Positions 38,297 to 52,201 are shown, counted from the first letter of the whole stretch. The stretch is DNA of 61,923 bases, filler included, from Bonamia ostreae (GCA_040357525.1; 26 parts of 26 records of this genome joined end to end with filler, not necessarily neighbours in it); one strand, 5' to 3'. Translations and numbers: made by a program. The notes: generated by a model from the letters alone, not told the origin.

Positions 38297-40572
38297 TATA
38301 TCAAGATCTTAAATCACATTTTAGTATGATCTGAGGCAGCCATCTCAGTCGGTGATTGTTTGAGGACTTCGGCCAATTTTGGCTTCTAGTGTAGAATAAA
38401 TAAAGCATAAGTGACAGTATTGGCAGCAGCCTATTTTCAGTCGTAAACAAACTAGTTATATCGACTTAGTTACTAGCTTGCATGAAATAATCTTTTCATA
38501 TAAATCCGTTCTCAGAAAAATCTTTCGACCTCATAAATATGAGATCCTGGTGACAACAATGCACACAATATTCTGACATTCATGTTTTCTCCGTTGTATC
38601 ACTGTTGTGATTATTTACACATTTAGAACTAATGATATTTTTAAAACTAGCATTACACATTGTCAGTTTCACCAAAATACACGTAAAGCTATATTCCATG
38701 TAAATTAAAAATGCAGTAGTTTAGTACTATTAATTTCTTTAAGATAAACAAATAAATGACAAACACATTGTAATGGCTGACTTCCTCGCGAACTGTTACT
38801 GAATAAAGAAATATCAATGATGCTCTCATCCTTTAACTTTATTACCAGACATATTGCACATCGTGAGTATATTTTTCCTGTGAATTTCTACTAAGTCTTG
38901 TATGAAACAAAGGAAATTTCAAAGTGTTAGATTTCAAGATATTATTGAACATACGTATCCTCTACTTTCCATTGATTTAAAGTTGTATCTGTTGTGGTAG
39001 TCGTCATCACTGAGTACACGATGTTAAATAGCGACGATTGCTACGTCGTTGCATTCCTTTGTATTGTATTGGAAATTGTCTGTTTTTGTTAAATGAATGT
39101 TTTTAATGGAGCAAAAAGCATTGGATGCTCAGTAGAAAAACATTTTGTCTGAAACATTGTGTTATAAATGAGGATCTATGAAGTGTAATAAATAATGGGG
39201 TACGTGATACATGTAGCGTGGTTTGTCGACAGAATAAATTTATGTGATGATTACGTTATCATGGATTGTGGAGACTTTTCAAAATCAATATTTTTAATCT
39301 ATCTCAAAGCTCTACAAAAAACTACCATGACAAGTTTATGGTGCATCATACATTAAGTTTGGTATGAAATTTACGTTAGCGGTGAACTCTTTAATTTTTG
39401 TCGTCGCATTCCGTTTTCACGACTGCTACACGTATGTATTTTAAGTCATGTGGAACATCGTCCAGGTTTGAATACAGAGAGCCCGTTCTTTGAAATACAA
39501 ATTGTCTTTATAATTGAAATCTTTGAATTCTGAGTACTAGATATCTGAACATTTTCGTAAAAGAACAATTAATACTTCTACGTTTCTACATTACAAAGCT
39601 AAAGCCTGGTCTAATACTAATACTTGATACTAGTCGGGTGGCATTTTTGTTCACGTCACCAAATGACAAACTCGCTTAGGATCATGATTCACCGGTCATT
39701 CACTGTTATCAGTCACCCGATCTTCGTTCAAGGTCATAACATATTGTTTGGTCATAATAGAATATTTGTGTCAATCATAGGCTTCTAACATCTTTCAATT
39801 ATAAAGCTAAAGTCCATATTAATAGCTTTGGACTTATTCATGAATTTCACCCTGGTCCAGGGTGATCACATATCGACTGGTTTTAAAAAAAACTTTGATC
39901 AAGGAGGAGCTAAATTTTCTGAATTAAACAGTATAACATAGATGTAATGTATTTTTAGTTGATCAGTCACAACGTCCCATCCTGGGAAATACCCACATTC
40001 ACCCCAAGGGATATAAGTTTCAAAATTTAGGCACAGGCGGTGTGCTCATTTTCGTGTGCATTTAATTCATATGCAGAAGTAATGGAGCTTTTTCCTCTTT
40101 TACACCTAACTCTCGGACCTCAGGGCAATGCATTTCACAATTTTTGGTATAGGTCCTAATATATGCTTCATGTGACTATCACATTTATTTCCTGGTTAAC
40201 ACGTATAAATGGTTTTTAAATATTTTATATGTTCTATGCATTTCTACAATTTAATTCATACAGTCCCTTCATGGGGCCTGATTATGCATATATAAATGAC
40301 ACTTAATAATGAGTAATGGGTTATATGATACACTGCATCTCATTCAATGACATATTTACCAAGTGTCAGAATGACTGTAACATGTTGCTCAAAATCAGGT
40401 ATAAATTCAACCAAACTTTAACCTCTTTTATCACCCGTGTGTTTTTACACAGTCGTCGACACACTATCGCCATGCTTGTTTCACTAATCCTATCATCTTT
40501 TTTGCTTCTAAATTGTTTTGGTTTTGTTTAAGTTGTCCAACTGCGTGATACCAGAATGAAGAACTTAAAGAA
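38297..40572. other. Non-coding contig, probably host animal DNA
   Basis: No convincing ORF over 2.3 kb; composition unlike the gene-dense contigs. Confidence 0.55.
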
Positions 40573-40671
40573 NNNNNNNNNNNNNNNNNNNNNNNNNNNN
40601 NNNNNNNNNNNNNNNNTTAATTAATTAANNNNNNNNNNNNNNNNNNNNNNNNNNNNNNNNNNNNNNNNNNN

Positions 40672-42922
40672 NCCCGTTGAACTACAAACAGATTACATCG
40701 AAAATTGCATCGAAAAAGCAAAACAAAATTTGAAAAGCCAAAAATTCGAACAAGTCCAAAAAGATTACATCGAATCCGTTCGTAAGTCGTCTTTGCTGGT
40801 TCAACAAACCGTTCGAGAACGATTTGAAATTGAAAAAGATGACATTCTGAAGAAAAAAATTAGCGCTCAATTTTCGTTATTTTTTGCTATTTGTTTTTCT
40901 GATTTTGAGAGGATTGAAGAAATGGGGATTGTCTATGAACTTGTTTTCGAGGATAAAAATGGAGTTTGTGATTTTGCTTTTAACGAAGTTTTTGCTAATT
41001 TTTTGTTATTTTCGCAATTTTTTTTACTATTTTTCCGCTTATTTTTGTGCGATTTTATTGCCATTTTCGCTAAATTTTTTTACCATTTTTTCGCTTATTT
41101 TTTTTACTATTTTTCCGCTTATTTTTGTGCGATTTTATTGCCATTTTCGCAAAATTTTTACTATTTTTTCTCTAATTTTTGTGATTATATTGCTATTTTC
41201 GCTCATTTTTTTACAATTTTTTCGCTAATTTTATTAATTTCTATTTTCGCTGATTTGGTTATTTTTTCTAATTTTTTTACAATTTTTCTCAAATTTTCAA
41301 TAATTAATTTTTAAAATTTTATAATTGAAAAAAGATAAAAAACTTTTTGGAAATTTGTATAAAAGACGAAAGAAAATTTGACATTTTGAGTCGTCAAAAA
41401 TTGCTAAAATCATTTATTCCAAAAAACGATTTTAGACTTTTGTCAATTGTTATTTCAGTTCTTTCTTCGCATTTAATCCGATCTCTGCGTTTCCAAGATC
41501 AAAATTCGCCCAATAAAAACGACGAAAATTTTGCCAATGAAAATATTGAAACTTTGACAAAAATAAAAGACAAAAAACAAAATTTAACAAAAAACGTCAC
41601 AAACATATTAGACGAAATCGAAAACAATAAAAAGCTAAATCAGAAAATTAGCCAAATAAAAATTAGCCAAAATAACGAAAATTTGGTAATTTATCCGATT
41701 TTCCCGTTATTGCCAAAAGAGCGAATAAAAAAGGAATTTGAAAAAATGGTGAAAGAAACAAATTTGGAAGAACTGAAAAAAATGATCGAATATTCATTTG
41801 GATATGCACACCATCTCTATTGTAACAACCAAAACGATCAAATCAGTTTTAAAACCGATAAAACGGATTTTAGTAATTTGGTTAAATTTTTGGATTTGGT
41901 CGATTTTGATTCGTTTAAAAAAATCGAGGAAATCGAGGAAAATGAAAAAATAGGAGAACATGTTTTTCGGCTCATTAAAAAATAAGAAAAAATGTGATTA
42001 AAAATTGAAATAAAATTGAAATAAAATGTAATTAAAAATGTGATTTAAAATTGCAAAAAAATTGAAATAAAATGTAATTAAAAATAAGAAAAAATGTGAT
42101 TTAAAATTGCAAAAAAATTAAAATAAAATGTAATTAAAAATATTTAAAAAATGCGATAAAAAAATTACAAAAAAAATGAAAAAATTTTGGAATTAAAAAT
42201 ATTTAAAAAATGCGATAAAAAAATTACAAAAAAAAATGAAAAAATTTTGGAATTAAAGGAAAGAAAATTAGCGATTTGGATTTTTGTAAAATTGCACAAA
42301 TTAGTCAACAACAAAAACGATCCCAATTTGCTAAAAACTTTGGAACTGATTAATCACTGCCTCAAAAAAGAAACTATTTTCAACCAAAAAGTTTTGACGG
42401 AAGCCGTCAACAAAATCATGCAAGGAAAAGAAACTTCAATTCTACTAATGCGCACTCTGATTCAAATTTATCTGGTTTTTGATATTTTTCCCAAATTTCT
42501 TTAAATTTTTTGCGAAACTTTAGTTGTACCCGGGAACAATAGATTTGGTGAAAACAGTATTGACACAATTATTGAGACGAAAAATATGGCAAAGTCCTTC
42601 AGTTTGGGAAGGATTTGTAAAATGTTTGGCTTGGACTTTGCCGGAGTCCATGTCAGTTTTGACTAAATTGGATTCAGATTTGATCAAAACTGCTTTCAAA
42701 AATGAGTTTTTAATGATCTATAAAATTGAAAATTTTGAGATTTGGTTTTAATGCTCAATTATTCAAATCAAAAGTGAAACGTTTCGAACAAAATTGAAAG
42801 AAGCGTTTAAAAAAGACGGATCTTTGTTGTTTAGTCTGCCGAGTTCATTGAGAAGGTTTTTGCTCAGTAAAGATACAATGAAAAGAAAATCGGAAAGTTA
42901 TCGGAAGAAGAGGAAAAAATAA
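40672..42922 (+). CDS. SYMPK: Symplekin, C-terminal part
   Basis: LLMRTLIQ..YP..V..VL..L..RKIW..PSVWEGFVKC...LPES; two repeat-filled introns (~40990-41330 and ~41975-42257). Confidence 0.8.
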
Positions 42923-43433
42923 ATTTTTAAAAATGCCTTTTCGTTTTTNNNNNNNNNNNNNNNNNNNNNNNNNNNNNNNNNNNNNNNNNNNNTTAATTAA
43001 TTAANNNNNNNNNNNNNNNNNNNNNNNNNNNNNNNNNNNNNNNNNNNNCAATTTTGCCGCTAAAATTTTCTGTTTTGGCAATTTTGCCAAATTTCGGAAT
43101 TTGGCTTTTTAAACGAAGCGATAAAATCTCTTTTTCCAGATCCAATTGCTTTTTCTCTTTTATCGCAACCAACTTTTCACGTTCCTTTTTAAAATTTTGA
43201 AAAAAACTGAAATTTCGTTCATCGCAGTTTCATATCCGCTTCTGTACAATTTCTGTTCATATTCCAATTTCTTTTGCAACGGAGTCCTAAATTTTACAAA
43301 TCAACTTTTTGCGCTCTCTGTGACGAAGCATGTATTGCAAATCTGACGAAATTTTCAAATTTGAGTCATTTTCGAAAAGCTTCATTTGTCTAAACATTAT
43401 TATATCACAAATTATTCAAACATTTTTTAGACA

Positions 43434-43570
43434 ATAATGTCTAAATTGTAATTTGATCTCAGAGGGAATTTAAAATAATGTCTAAATTGTAATTTGATCT
43501 CAGAGGGAATTTAAAATAATGTCTAAAATTGTAATTTGATCTCAGAGGGAATTTACAATAATGTCTAAAT
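43434..43570. repeat. 42/43-bp tandem repeat, ~3 copies
   Basis: Unit AATAATGTCTAAATTGTAATTTGATCTCAGAGGGAATTTAA. Confidence 0.9.
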
Positions 43571-43687
43571 TTTAGCTTTGTAGAAATCAGAAAAGCAAAT
43601 TTTGGCGAAAAATTATTCGAAAATGTAAAATTTTGCGAAAATATAAAAATGTAAAATGACGTGGCACAAATTTTAGCCAAAAAAGAT

Positions 43688-43912
43688 TTATTTTTTTGTA
43701 TCAACGTCGTCTTTGGAAGCATTCATATTGAATAGAAGAAAAGCAAAAATTAACAATAACAACAACGAAAATAACATAAAATTATTTTGCAAAGTCCGAG
43801 AGCTTTGTACATTGTTCGGAGTGACATTGTTGTTCAATCGCTTTAACACAATTTCCATTTCTTTCGACAGCTTCTTCAGTCCCTCCTCTAAACATTCACA
43901 GATATCTTTCAA
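43688..43912 (-). CDS. Small protein with one TM segment (last exon)
   Basis: Coiled-coil-like stretch followed by FMLFSLLLLLIFAFLLF. Confidence 0.35.
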   Translation of the reverse strand: MKDICECLEEGLKKLSKEMEIVLKRLNNNVTPNNVQSSRTLQNNFMLFSLLLLLIFAFLLFNMNASKDDVDTKK

Positions 43913-44335
43913 TTATCAAAAAAACAATAATTCGACATTTACTGTTTTCTAATACTTTTATACAAAAATTTTAAGCTCATATTGCAAAACAATATATCGA
44001 CCAAATCTATGAAAACGAGCTTAACCATTTTAATGTAAAAACAATTCAGCACCTTTTAGACCACCAACAAATTTCTAAAGCTCTTCTTTTTATAATTTTT
44101 CAAAATTAGCTCTCCCTCATATAATTTACTAAAGCTCGGTTTCAAAGCTTTAAACCCGAAACCGATTTCAGTCCCAATCCCGTTTTAACTGTTGCCACCA
44201 ACTCATCTATAATTCCCTCCACAACAAATTTTATTTCTTTTCATAATTTCCTAAAGCTAAGCTCGGAGCGAGCTTTGCCATATAATATGTTGTAACTGAA
44301 CACTGAAATTTTATCACACGGCCATAAACTGTTTA

Positions 44336-45264
44336 ATGGTTTCTAAAATTTCCAAACTGACCAAAAGCGACATTTACGCTGAACTGCAGAAGCGGCAACT
44401 CTCGCAACGAGAGATCGCCGCCAAATTTCAGGTCAGCAGAATGACGGTCTTCCGCATCAACCGTCAGCTCCGGCTCGCCACCGGAATGAAGAAGTACGTT
44501 TTCCTTCTAATCCATAGACCGTCAAGCGGGTCGCAGCGTGGCCTCCCCGGAAAAAGGCGCTGCCCAAAAATAAAGATGGCCGTTGCTCTTCGAACGGGGT
44601 CATCAAGATGGCCATCCCGCCGCCGCCTCCGCCCAAGAACGCCGGTCGAAAGACGATCAAACAGTACGAGACGCTCGACTTCCTCGTGCACCGCTGTTTC
44701 CTCCGCGCGAGCCCGTTCGTGCGCATCGACACGAAAGTTCTGAAGAAACTGAGTCTCGCCGTGGGGCAGCGCCTCGAGTTGGCGCGCTTCAAGGCGTCCA
44801 ACAACTGGATCGCCAATTTCAAGAAGCGGTTCGGCATCCGCCTGCGCGACCTGAACCGCGCAGGGCGCACGAAGGCGGAGCGCGCCGACTCGCCGACTTG
44901 GGAAGGGCTCAGCCCGGACGAGGTGGTGGACAAGTCGGTGGACAACGTTTTTAGGGAGTTCGGTCTCGGGCGCGGCGCGGCGAGTCTGATCAAGATGGAG
45001 AAGTTGCGTCAGACGGCGCCGGGGCTGGTGAAGAGGGAGAGCGGGATTGTGGTGAAGAACGAGAAGGGGCGGTTGCCGTTTGAGTCGCAGTACGGCAAGC
45101 AGAACGGGGGCCCGAGGAGGAAATTTAGGCGAGCGAGCCAGTCCTTGGAAGAGATGTTCAAGGATTTCGAGCAGGCCGTCGCCAGCTCTGCGCCGGCGCT
45201 GGTGAAGCGGTTTGCAAAGTTTAGGAGAGATGTTTATTCTGTCGTAGAGCAATTTGATAAATGA
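44336..45264 (+). CDS. CENP-B/pogo-type tandem HTH DNA-binding protein (~302 aa), no DDE domain recognised
   Basis: HTH LSQREIAAKFQVSRMTV; 20-nt intron 44498-44517 joins it in frame to the Tc5-type HTH FKASNNWIANFKKRFGIR; stop at 45264. Confidence 0.8.
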
Positions 45265-45424
45265 GTTCTGATTTTTATTTTTTGGAAAATTTATTTTAAT
45301 GTTTTTTTTTATTGTATTTTTTTTNNNNNNNNNNNNNNNNNNNNNNNNNNNNNNNNNNNNNNNNNNNNTTAATTAATTAANNNNNNNNNNNNNNNNNNNN
45401 NNNNNNNNNNNNNNNNNNNNNNNN

Positions 45425-47699
45425 CACCGACAAATCGACGAACAACAGACTCGACGCAAACTTGAACATCTCGTTGTATACGTGGTCCGCCAATAAAAGC
45501 AAAATAACTCTATCCGAATCGCCAATCGAAGCGCAGCACTCCGCTGCTTTTCCCAAAAATTCTGTCACCGCTTGTTTTGTTTTGTCGTCCTCTTTCAGTT
45601 CCGCCAATCTTTTGCCCACGACTTGCGGGTGCTCGTTCACCATTTTCGCCACGTCGTCATATCTGTTCTTAATCAAACTGCTTCCAAGCCGCTTTATCAA
45701 CTCGAAATTCGACAATTCATCAGTGTTGATTTTGTCGAAACTCAGTCTCCGATTAGTGCTCAAGCCGAATCTCTCAACTTCTTCATTCGCAAAATGTTCT
45801 CCAAATAGCAATTTTTCGGGGTTTCTGGGCCATTCCGCTTGTTGAACGCCGGAATTCATCGGAGCTGTGGCGAATGAGTCGCTTTGCAAATGTTCAGTAT
45901 TGTCTTCTTCGAAAATTCCGAAAAAAGCTTTTTTGTGTGGCTGCTCTCGTTCTAAGAGAGATTTTTCAATGAGATCGTCTTCTTCACACATAGAAAGGAA
46001 GTTTGCCTCCGTTTGCGCCCATTCACAGGTCTGGGAAAGATGGTTTTCGAATAAAGGAGCGTAGTTGTTGTAAAGGGATATTTGGTTCTCGCTAAGACCT
46101 CCTCTCCGCGGTTGCAGTTCAAACGGAAGACTGTTCGGATATATTTCCTCGTTGAAATTCGTTTTGAATTCTTTTTATTATTGTTGTTACTTGTTTCAAT
46201 ATAATAATAAATCGATTGTTGTTTCAATTTTATCGATTGTTTTTTTAAATTTTATCGATTGTTGTTTCAATTTTATCGATTGTTGTTTCAATTTTATCGA
46301 TTGTTGTTTTAAATTTTATCGATTGTTGTTTCAATTTTATCGATTGTTGTTTCAATTTTATCGATTGTTGTTTTAAATTTTATTGCGTTTAAACTTGATC
46401 GCTGAAAGGCAGTGTTCTCTCCGGGAAACTGCATTCCGCTGGAACTGTAGCGCTCTCTTAATTCGATCGAAGGCTTGATCATTTGTTCGACCTCCTTTTT
46501 GACGAAAATGGAAGCAACTTCGGTGACCGCTTTGCAGCAAATGCCAAAGTTCGCTTTTGCCAGCGAACTGGCGATCCGTTTCGCTTCTTCTCCGTCTTTC
46601 AGAATCGGCTTTTTGTTGAAAATTAAAAATCCATTAAATTTCCAAGTTGGCCATTTTTGCCATTACAAATTTAGACAATTTTTAAAAACCAACAAAACGG
46701 CTTTCAAACTATTGTAAACTTCCCATCGCAGCGGATCCTTGCAGATCGCGAGCACGAGGTTGCAAGCGAGACTTTCTGCGGTGCAAAGCGACATCGACTC
46801 GAAGACCGATCGATTTGGCTCGAACTCCAAATCTTTGCCCACTATTTGCATCGTCGTTCTGCTGGTTATCCCCACGCATCGATCCAGAACTGCCGCAAAG
46901 TTGTCTGATACCGCATGGGAGATCGTGTGCGTCAAAAGTCTGATCGTCTGCGGATTGCTAAGCGACATCGGGACATCTTCTATTTTCGTTCCTTTCTGAA
47001 TACCTTTAATAAAATTTAGGTCCAATTTTCGAATTTAAACTTTCTGTGATATAATGGATCGCAAAATCGGATCCTTGTCTCATCGGGTAATAACTTCTAT
47101 CTCTACCGTCCTGATAACTTTGTAAATACGCCGTTTGATTGCTCCCTTCGTTTTATGTGTTGTTGCATTAAAAAATAAGCAAATAGTCACAATGTGCAAA
47201 GATAGAAACAAACCAAAATCAGCGCCAAAATCAATCTGCTTTCCCATTGGACTGTAGGAAGATTCAGAACTCGGCACAAAAATCTCCGAAGAGCTCTTCA
47301 AGTTTTTCCCAAAATTGTGCAACAGCAACACGAAACTGCTTTTGATATCGGCCACGTCTAATCTCAAGGATTTGAGCAGCTCCTCGATTTCAAATTTGAC
47401 GTTTATGTCAACGTCGTCTTTGCTGTAAATTTCCTTCAGCAAACCCAGAATGCCCATTAACCATGGATTCGGAGGAGAGAAGACTATGCTGAAAGCGCAA
47501 GATTTGAGCACGCGAGAAACGAAGACAACTGTGGAAAGAAGAATGGCGTCTCGGTGTTCGCTTGTGAGCGCGTTCATCAAAATTCGCTTTAGGTCTAACT
47601 GCGACAGAACAATGGGTTTATCTTGTTCGATCAGAATGCCGCCTAACCATCTTGAAATGTTTGCGATGTTTTTGTTGTCCGTTGATTTTTTAATTGTGT
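45425..47699 (-). CDS. CNOT1: CCR4-NOT scaffold Not1 (internal fragment)
   Basis: WLGGILIEQDKPI, VFSPPNPWLMGIL..L.EIY...NVKFEIE.L, TTMQIVGKD and LACNLVLAICKDPLR. Confidence 0.9.
46211..46382. repeat. 21/22-bp minisatellite, ~8 copies, inside CNOT1 intron
   Basis: Unit ATCGATTGTTGTTTCAATTTT. Confidence 0.95.
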
Positions 47700-47799
47700 N
47701 NNNNNNNNNNNNNNNNNNNNNNNNNNNNNNNNNNNNNNNNNNNTTAATTAATTAANNNNNNNNNNNNNNNNNNNNNNNNNNNNNNNNNNNNNNNNNNNN

Positions 47800-48402
47800 A
47801 TAGATATTGCAAATGGTAAATTACATTTGCAAAATTTTGTCATTAGACAAATCCATTTCCGACAACGTTTTGACTCTCAAAAGAAGTTTGTTGAAGCTTC
47901 TTTCGATTCCCTTGTTTTCTCCCGACGCCATTTTTTCGGATCCGGGGCAATCTTTTGTTCTTCAAGACATCGTTTGCAGTTACTGTGCTGATTGCACCCA
48001 AATCGATCTATGCAAGACGCCGACTGCTCTGAGCAGAGAATGGCTTTGTGTTGTTTGTTCACACGATATTGATCTCTCCGCCATTGAAAATGCTGTTAAT
48101 GGCAATTTTTGGGATTTTGTTTTTGCTTTTATAACGCAAGTTTTTATGTTTTGACTAAGTTTTTTGTTAAATAATTTAATTTGGCAATTTTGTGTTTCTG
48201 AAAAAAGGATTTGGTCTGTAAAAGGTGCAAGAGACCAAAAAATCTGTATTTGGACAATGTTTGTAAATGCTCTGGACAATTTGAATTGAAAGTCAGCAAA
48301 AGGGAGTTCGAAGAAAAAAGAGATTTGTTTAGCAAAATTGCAAATTTTTACAATTTTGAACTTTTGAAAGAGTCCATTGAACAGTCTAATTTCGTCGAAT
48401 AA
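47800..48402 (+). CDS. POLE: DNA polymerase epsilon catalytic subunit, C-terminal zinc fingers
   Basis: FSDPGQSFVLQDIVCSYC..C..IDLC...WLCVVC and DLVCKRCK...CKCSGQF. Confidence 0.9.
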
Positions 48403-48601
48403 ATATTTTTTGCTTAGCAATTCTTTCAAGAAAGCATTTTTATACAATTCTAACGAATAAAGAAGAAGACTTTTAAATGGCTAAAAAATTTGCGAAAATT
48501 AGTTTTTAAGATTTTATCCATTTCTAGATAAGATTTATTAAAAGTTCAAACAATTAATACATTTTAGTTAACAAAATTTAGCTTTTGAAAATAAAACAAA
48601 A

Positions 48602-48907
48602 ATGGACGAAAAAGAAAAAAATATGATAGAAAAAGTTTCCGTAAAAAGATTTTTCAGAGAGTACAATAAGAGAGTTTGGCTAAATTTTAACGATTTTAAA
48701 GCTTAACTCTTGTTGCTTTCGATATTGTATTGAGTCGCCTTCAAAAAGGTTGAATTCAAAGCAAACGAAATGCCTCAAAAAATGCACTCGGTTGTTTTCA
48801 GAGGGACAAATCATATTCAGTAAAGCGCAGGAAGTTTGTTGTCCAAGTTAACAATTTAGGGACGTAATGATTCAGAAATTGAAGAAAGATGGGATGAGAA
48901 TATTTAA
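48602..48907 (+). CDS. Small Tim chaperone (twin CX3C, Tim8/9/10/13 family)
   Basis: Removing introns 48674-48701 and 48834-48859 gives 83 aa containing CFRYC-x14-CLKKC. Confidence 0.75.
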
Positions 48908-49142
48908 ATATTACATTTTCTAATTTTCATTTTAAAAATTACTTTCGCAGCTTAAATCGATTTACAGATGCCATTACCAAAATATTTTTTAAATCCAAAA
49001 AAATATTTACGTTTTTAAGTTTAATACATTTTAAACTATTATATATAGTTTAGACCTACGCAGCTCAGAGCTGTCAATTATTTTGATCCATTAATTTTTA
49101 AATTAAACTTTTTAAATATAATTTAAAATAACAATCAGCTTA

Positions 49143-50073
49143 ATGAATTTTGTATGGCTGATATTTAACTTCGTTATGAAATTTACTCATTCTAAACATT
49201 TTTCTAGAGAAGATATGTACACTACGTTGGGCGCGGATTACTGCATTAGACATTTAACAAGAGATTCTAAATATGGCTGTGCTAGTTTGCCTAATAAAAG
49301 ACATTAATTTGAAATTTTAAAAAGGTTCTTGGAAAGGAGAAAGCGGGCGAATGGTCACAAAAGAGGATCTGGATAATAAAAATTATCACGAAAACTTGAT
49401 TCTTTTGATTTCCGCTGATCTTTTTACGAAAGAAACGATCGATTTATTAATTTCAAAACATCGAATTAAAGGAATCGTAGTTAACAAAAACAAGGAACCT
49501 GAAAGTTTTTTCTTCGTTGAAAATTAAAGGTTCTTCACATGAAAGACAAAAGCCGTTTATCAGTTCAAAACCAAATGGCGTCGACGATTTTGTTTGGAAT
49601 GAAAAGGTTAAATTTGCTAAATTTTAAGGGAGATGGACTGATTTACGACGATTTTAATATTCCGGTCGCTTTCTTATCTTCGGGGCGCTACAAAAACTTT
49701 GAAAACGTAAATTTTTTTTCGACTCGAAAATTAAAAAAAATTAGTTGAATTTTTTGGAAGTACAAAAACATTAAAAATTAGACAAAGAGTTATTTAAAAA
49801 TGAAATCTGAAATGTTTGGAAAACAAAACTCGCAAAATTGCATTGAAAAAATGACTTGTTCTCCTGTTGGAGGATTTTCGCCCTGGTCTCTTTACGGAGG
49901 AGCCAAAATTAAAACGACGAAATTTTTGATACTTTCTGCTGGTCTGAACTCCAACGACTTTTTTTCTTATAGAAATCAAGGAGCTAGCACCTCCGTTTCA
50001 GGGCTCGCCGCTTTATTGTCGATTGCTATTACTATAAAAGAAAGCAAAGTTTTTGAGCCGAAAATTTTGTAAA
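49143..50073 (+). CDS. NCSTN: Nicastrin (gamma-secretase subunit), N-terminal part
   Basis: Signal peptide; CIRHLTRDSKYGC, WNEK-GDGL..DFNIPV, C....CSPVGGFSPWS and NSNDFF...GAST.VSGLAALL. Confidence 0.82.
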
Positions 50074-52143
50074 NNNNNNNNNNNNNNNNNNNNNNNNNNN
50101 NNNNNNNNNNNNNNNNNTTAATTAATTAANNNNNNNNNNNNNNNNNNNNNNNNNNNNNNNNNNNNNNNNNNNNGAGCACACCTTGAAACGTGTGACTATA
50201 CAATTGCCAAGGATAAAGGGGGTGTTTTTTAGAAGTGAGAATGTGGGTTGCTACCATTATGAGTGCTTGTGGCTGAATTTTCATGGAATTGGTGAAAGAA
50301 CATGCAAAAAGTCAATTGCCTGATGGGATTTTCTTAAATAATAAGATTTTTTCTTTGTTGTCACATATGCCGGTTGCATGTTTTTTCACTATGTTGGATA
50401 GAATGACAGTAATGTGATGCAAACCTTATATAGGAGGGACTCATATGCATTGTGCCTGTCTATTAAGACAACCATTTCTGTGGAAGATAATTACTTGGAT
50501 ATTTTGACAATTCTTGCTAAAACAGTTTTGTTTCCAGTTGAGTGTAGTTTCCCCCCTCCCGCATTTATTCACACAAAGTGTAGTACTTGTATGCAGTAGT
50601 TTGTATAATTTGGATACCTCGATCGGAATCGTAATTTCAACTGGTATATATACTCTAGTAATAGTTGAGTAACGATTTCAAATGATATAAATACCACACA
50701 ATTTTATGAATCCAGGTCAGTTTTATTTTTTTTTTTAAATGGATCTGATGTGTAATATGTTGACGACCCAGATTCCTTAAAACCGACTTTTTTCTCTGCC
50801 TGGTCCAAAGTCTTATGTGGAATAAAGAGCGCAACATTTCAACGTTTGTCTCTCTCAAGATCTAGATGGGTACAGTTTGTAAAACAGATATGAAACGATG
50901 CTGACATGATGTTGTCTTGAGTGTATTTAAACTATGATATGCATAACATGATATATCAGTGTAGTGTTTCAGACAAAGCATTACTATTTTATTGCATTCT
51001 AGATTTGTTTCTATATTTTGCTTGAAAGATGAAGATGTGATATTTAAGTATAATGTGTTGATGAAAATAAATTTATTTCAGGTATCAGCATAGTACGCTA
51101 TGACTTCAGTGAATTCCAGGTAGAGAAAAGTTGTGATGCCAAAATTACACACATGCGATTCATATTAAGGATGTTTGTTTCATATGGGGAAAATGTTGAC
51201 TAGTCAGTGGATCAAGGGAGTTACCAACACCAATAATCTTGCCTTTGAAGGAGATCAAACCACTGCCGGACATAGTTTCAATGTTGGTTTTGGTATCCAG
51301 ATAAAGAGAGAATATGTCGTAAAAGATGAATAGCTTGATACAAGATTCATCAAATTGTCCGACTCTGAAGATTCACCGAAGAATTATGGTTTGTTCTCCT
51401 CCCACAGAAGGAAAACTTTTTTCAGATACACATAACGTTCATACCAGTATTTTCCACTCTTCAGAACTAGGCTGTAATCAGCAGTTCTCTTCATACCAAC
51501 TTCTCAAAGAACATATTCTTCTTGATCAGTACAACATGTGCTAGAGAAAACTTATCCCTATGGTCGAATTTGGCTTCTTTGTCTGAGTCGAGTCATTCAT
51601 ATTCATATCCATATTCATATCTAAACAACTGATGCAAATAGGCACAGATCATCATACCCTTAAAGATTCCACTTCGTCAGTGAATAAGCCTCAACGAGGA
51701 TGAGCACTTAAACAGGAAATTTGCCTGCTTCTCTGTCAAAGTCCTAAAACAATCTATTAATATCCCGAAATACCTTAAAATTAGACTCATTTAGCGCATA
51801 GGATTGTATAGAAGTAGATGGAGTGTTGTTATTCTTCAAGATATATTCAAATAAATCGTTAGAAAGGAAAGTTTTAAAATAACGTTGATTGATTTGATCC
51901 ACGGGAGTGTTTTTGTACATAAATAGCCTTTATTTTTGCAGACATATTCTTACTATGACTTAAAAATACATTTCCATGTAACATAAAATATGCACGTTCC
52001 TTAAAAGGTAAGTAAAATCAAACATGGTTGTTTTCGCACCGTTTGCCTATAAATACCATTGTTAACTTGTGCGTTGTTAAAGATTATACCGTATTAGTAT
52101 ATCGGAACATGATTTTACTTTACACGTATTCTTGAATACTCAC

Positions 52144-52201
52144 CATATCCACACCATAGAATTGTTTGTAGGAGTAACAAAAATATCCCCCGGAGTTCCA
52201 T
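52144..52201 (-). CDS. Signal-peptide first exon in host-like contig (50174-52445)
   Basis: MELRGIFLLLLQTILWCGYG followed by a GTGAGT donor and >1.9 kb of non-coding sequence, as in animal genes. Confidence 0.45.

Noticed and set aside
39847-39865. Short perfect inverted repeat TCACCCTGG-T-CCAGGGTGA
   Set aside because: Isolated 9-bp stem in a host-like contig with no supporting context.
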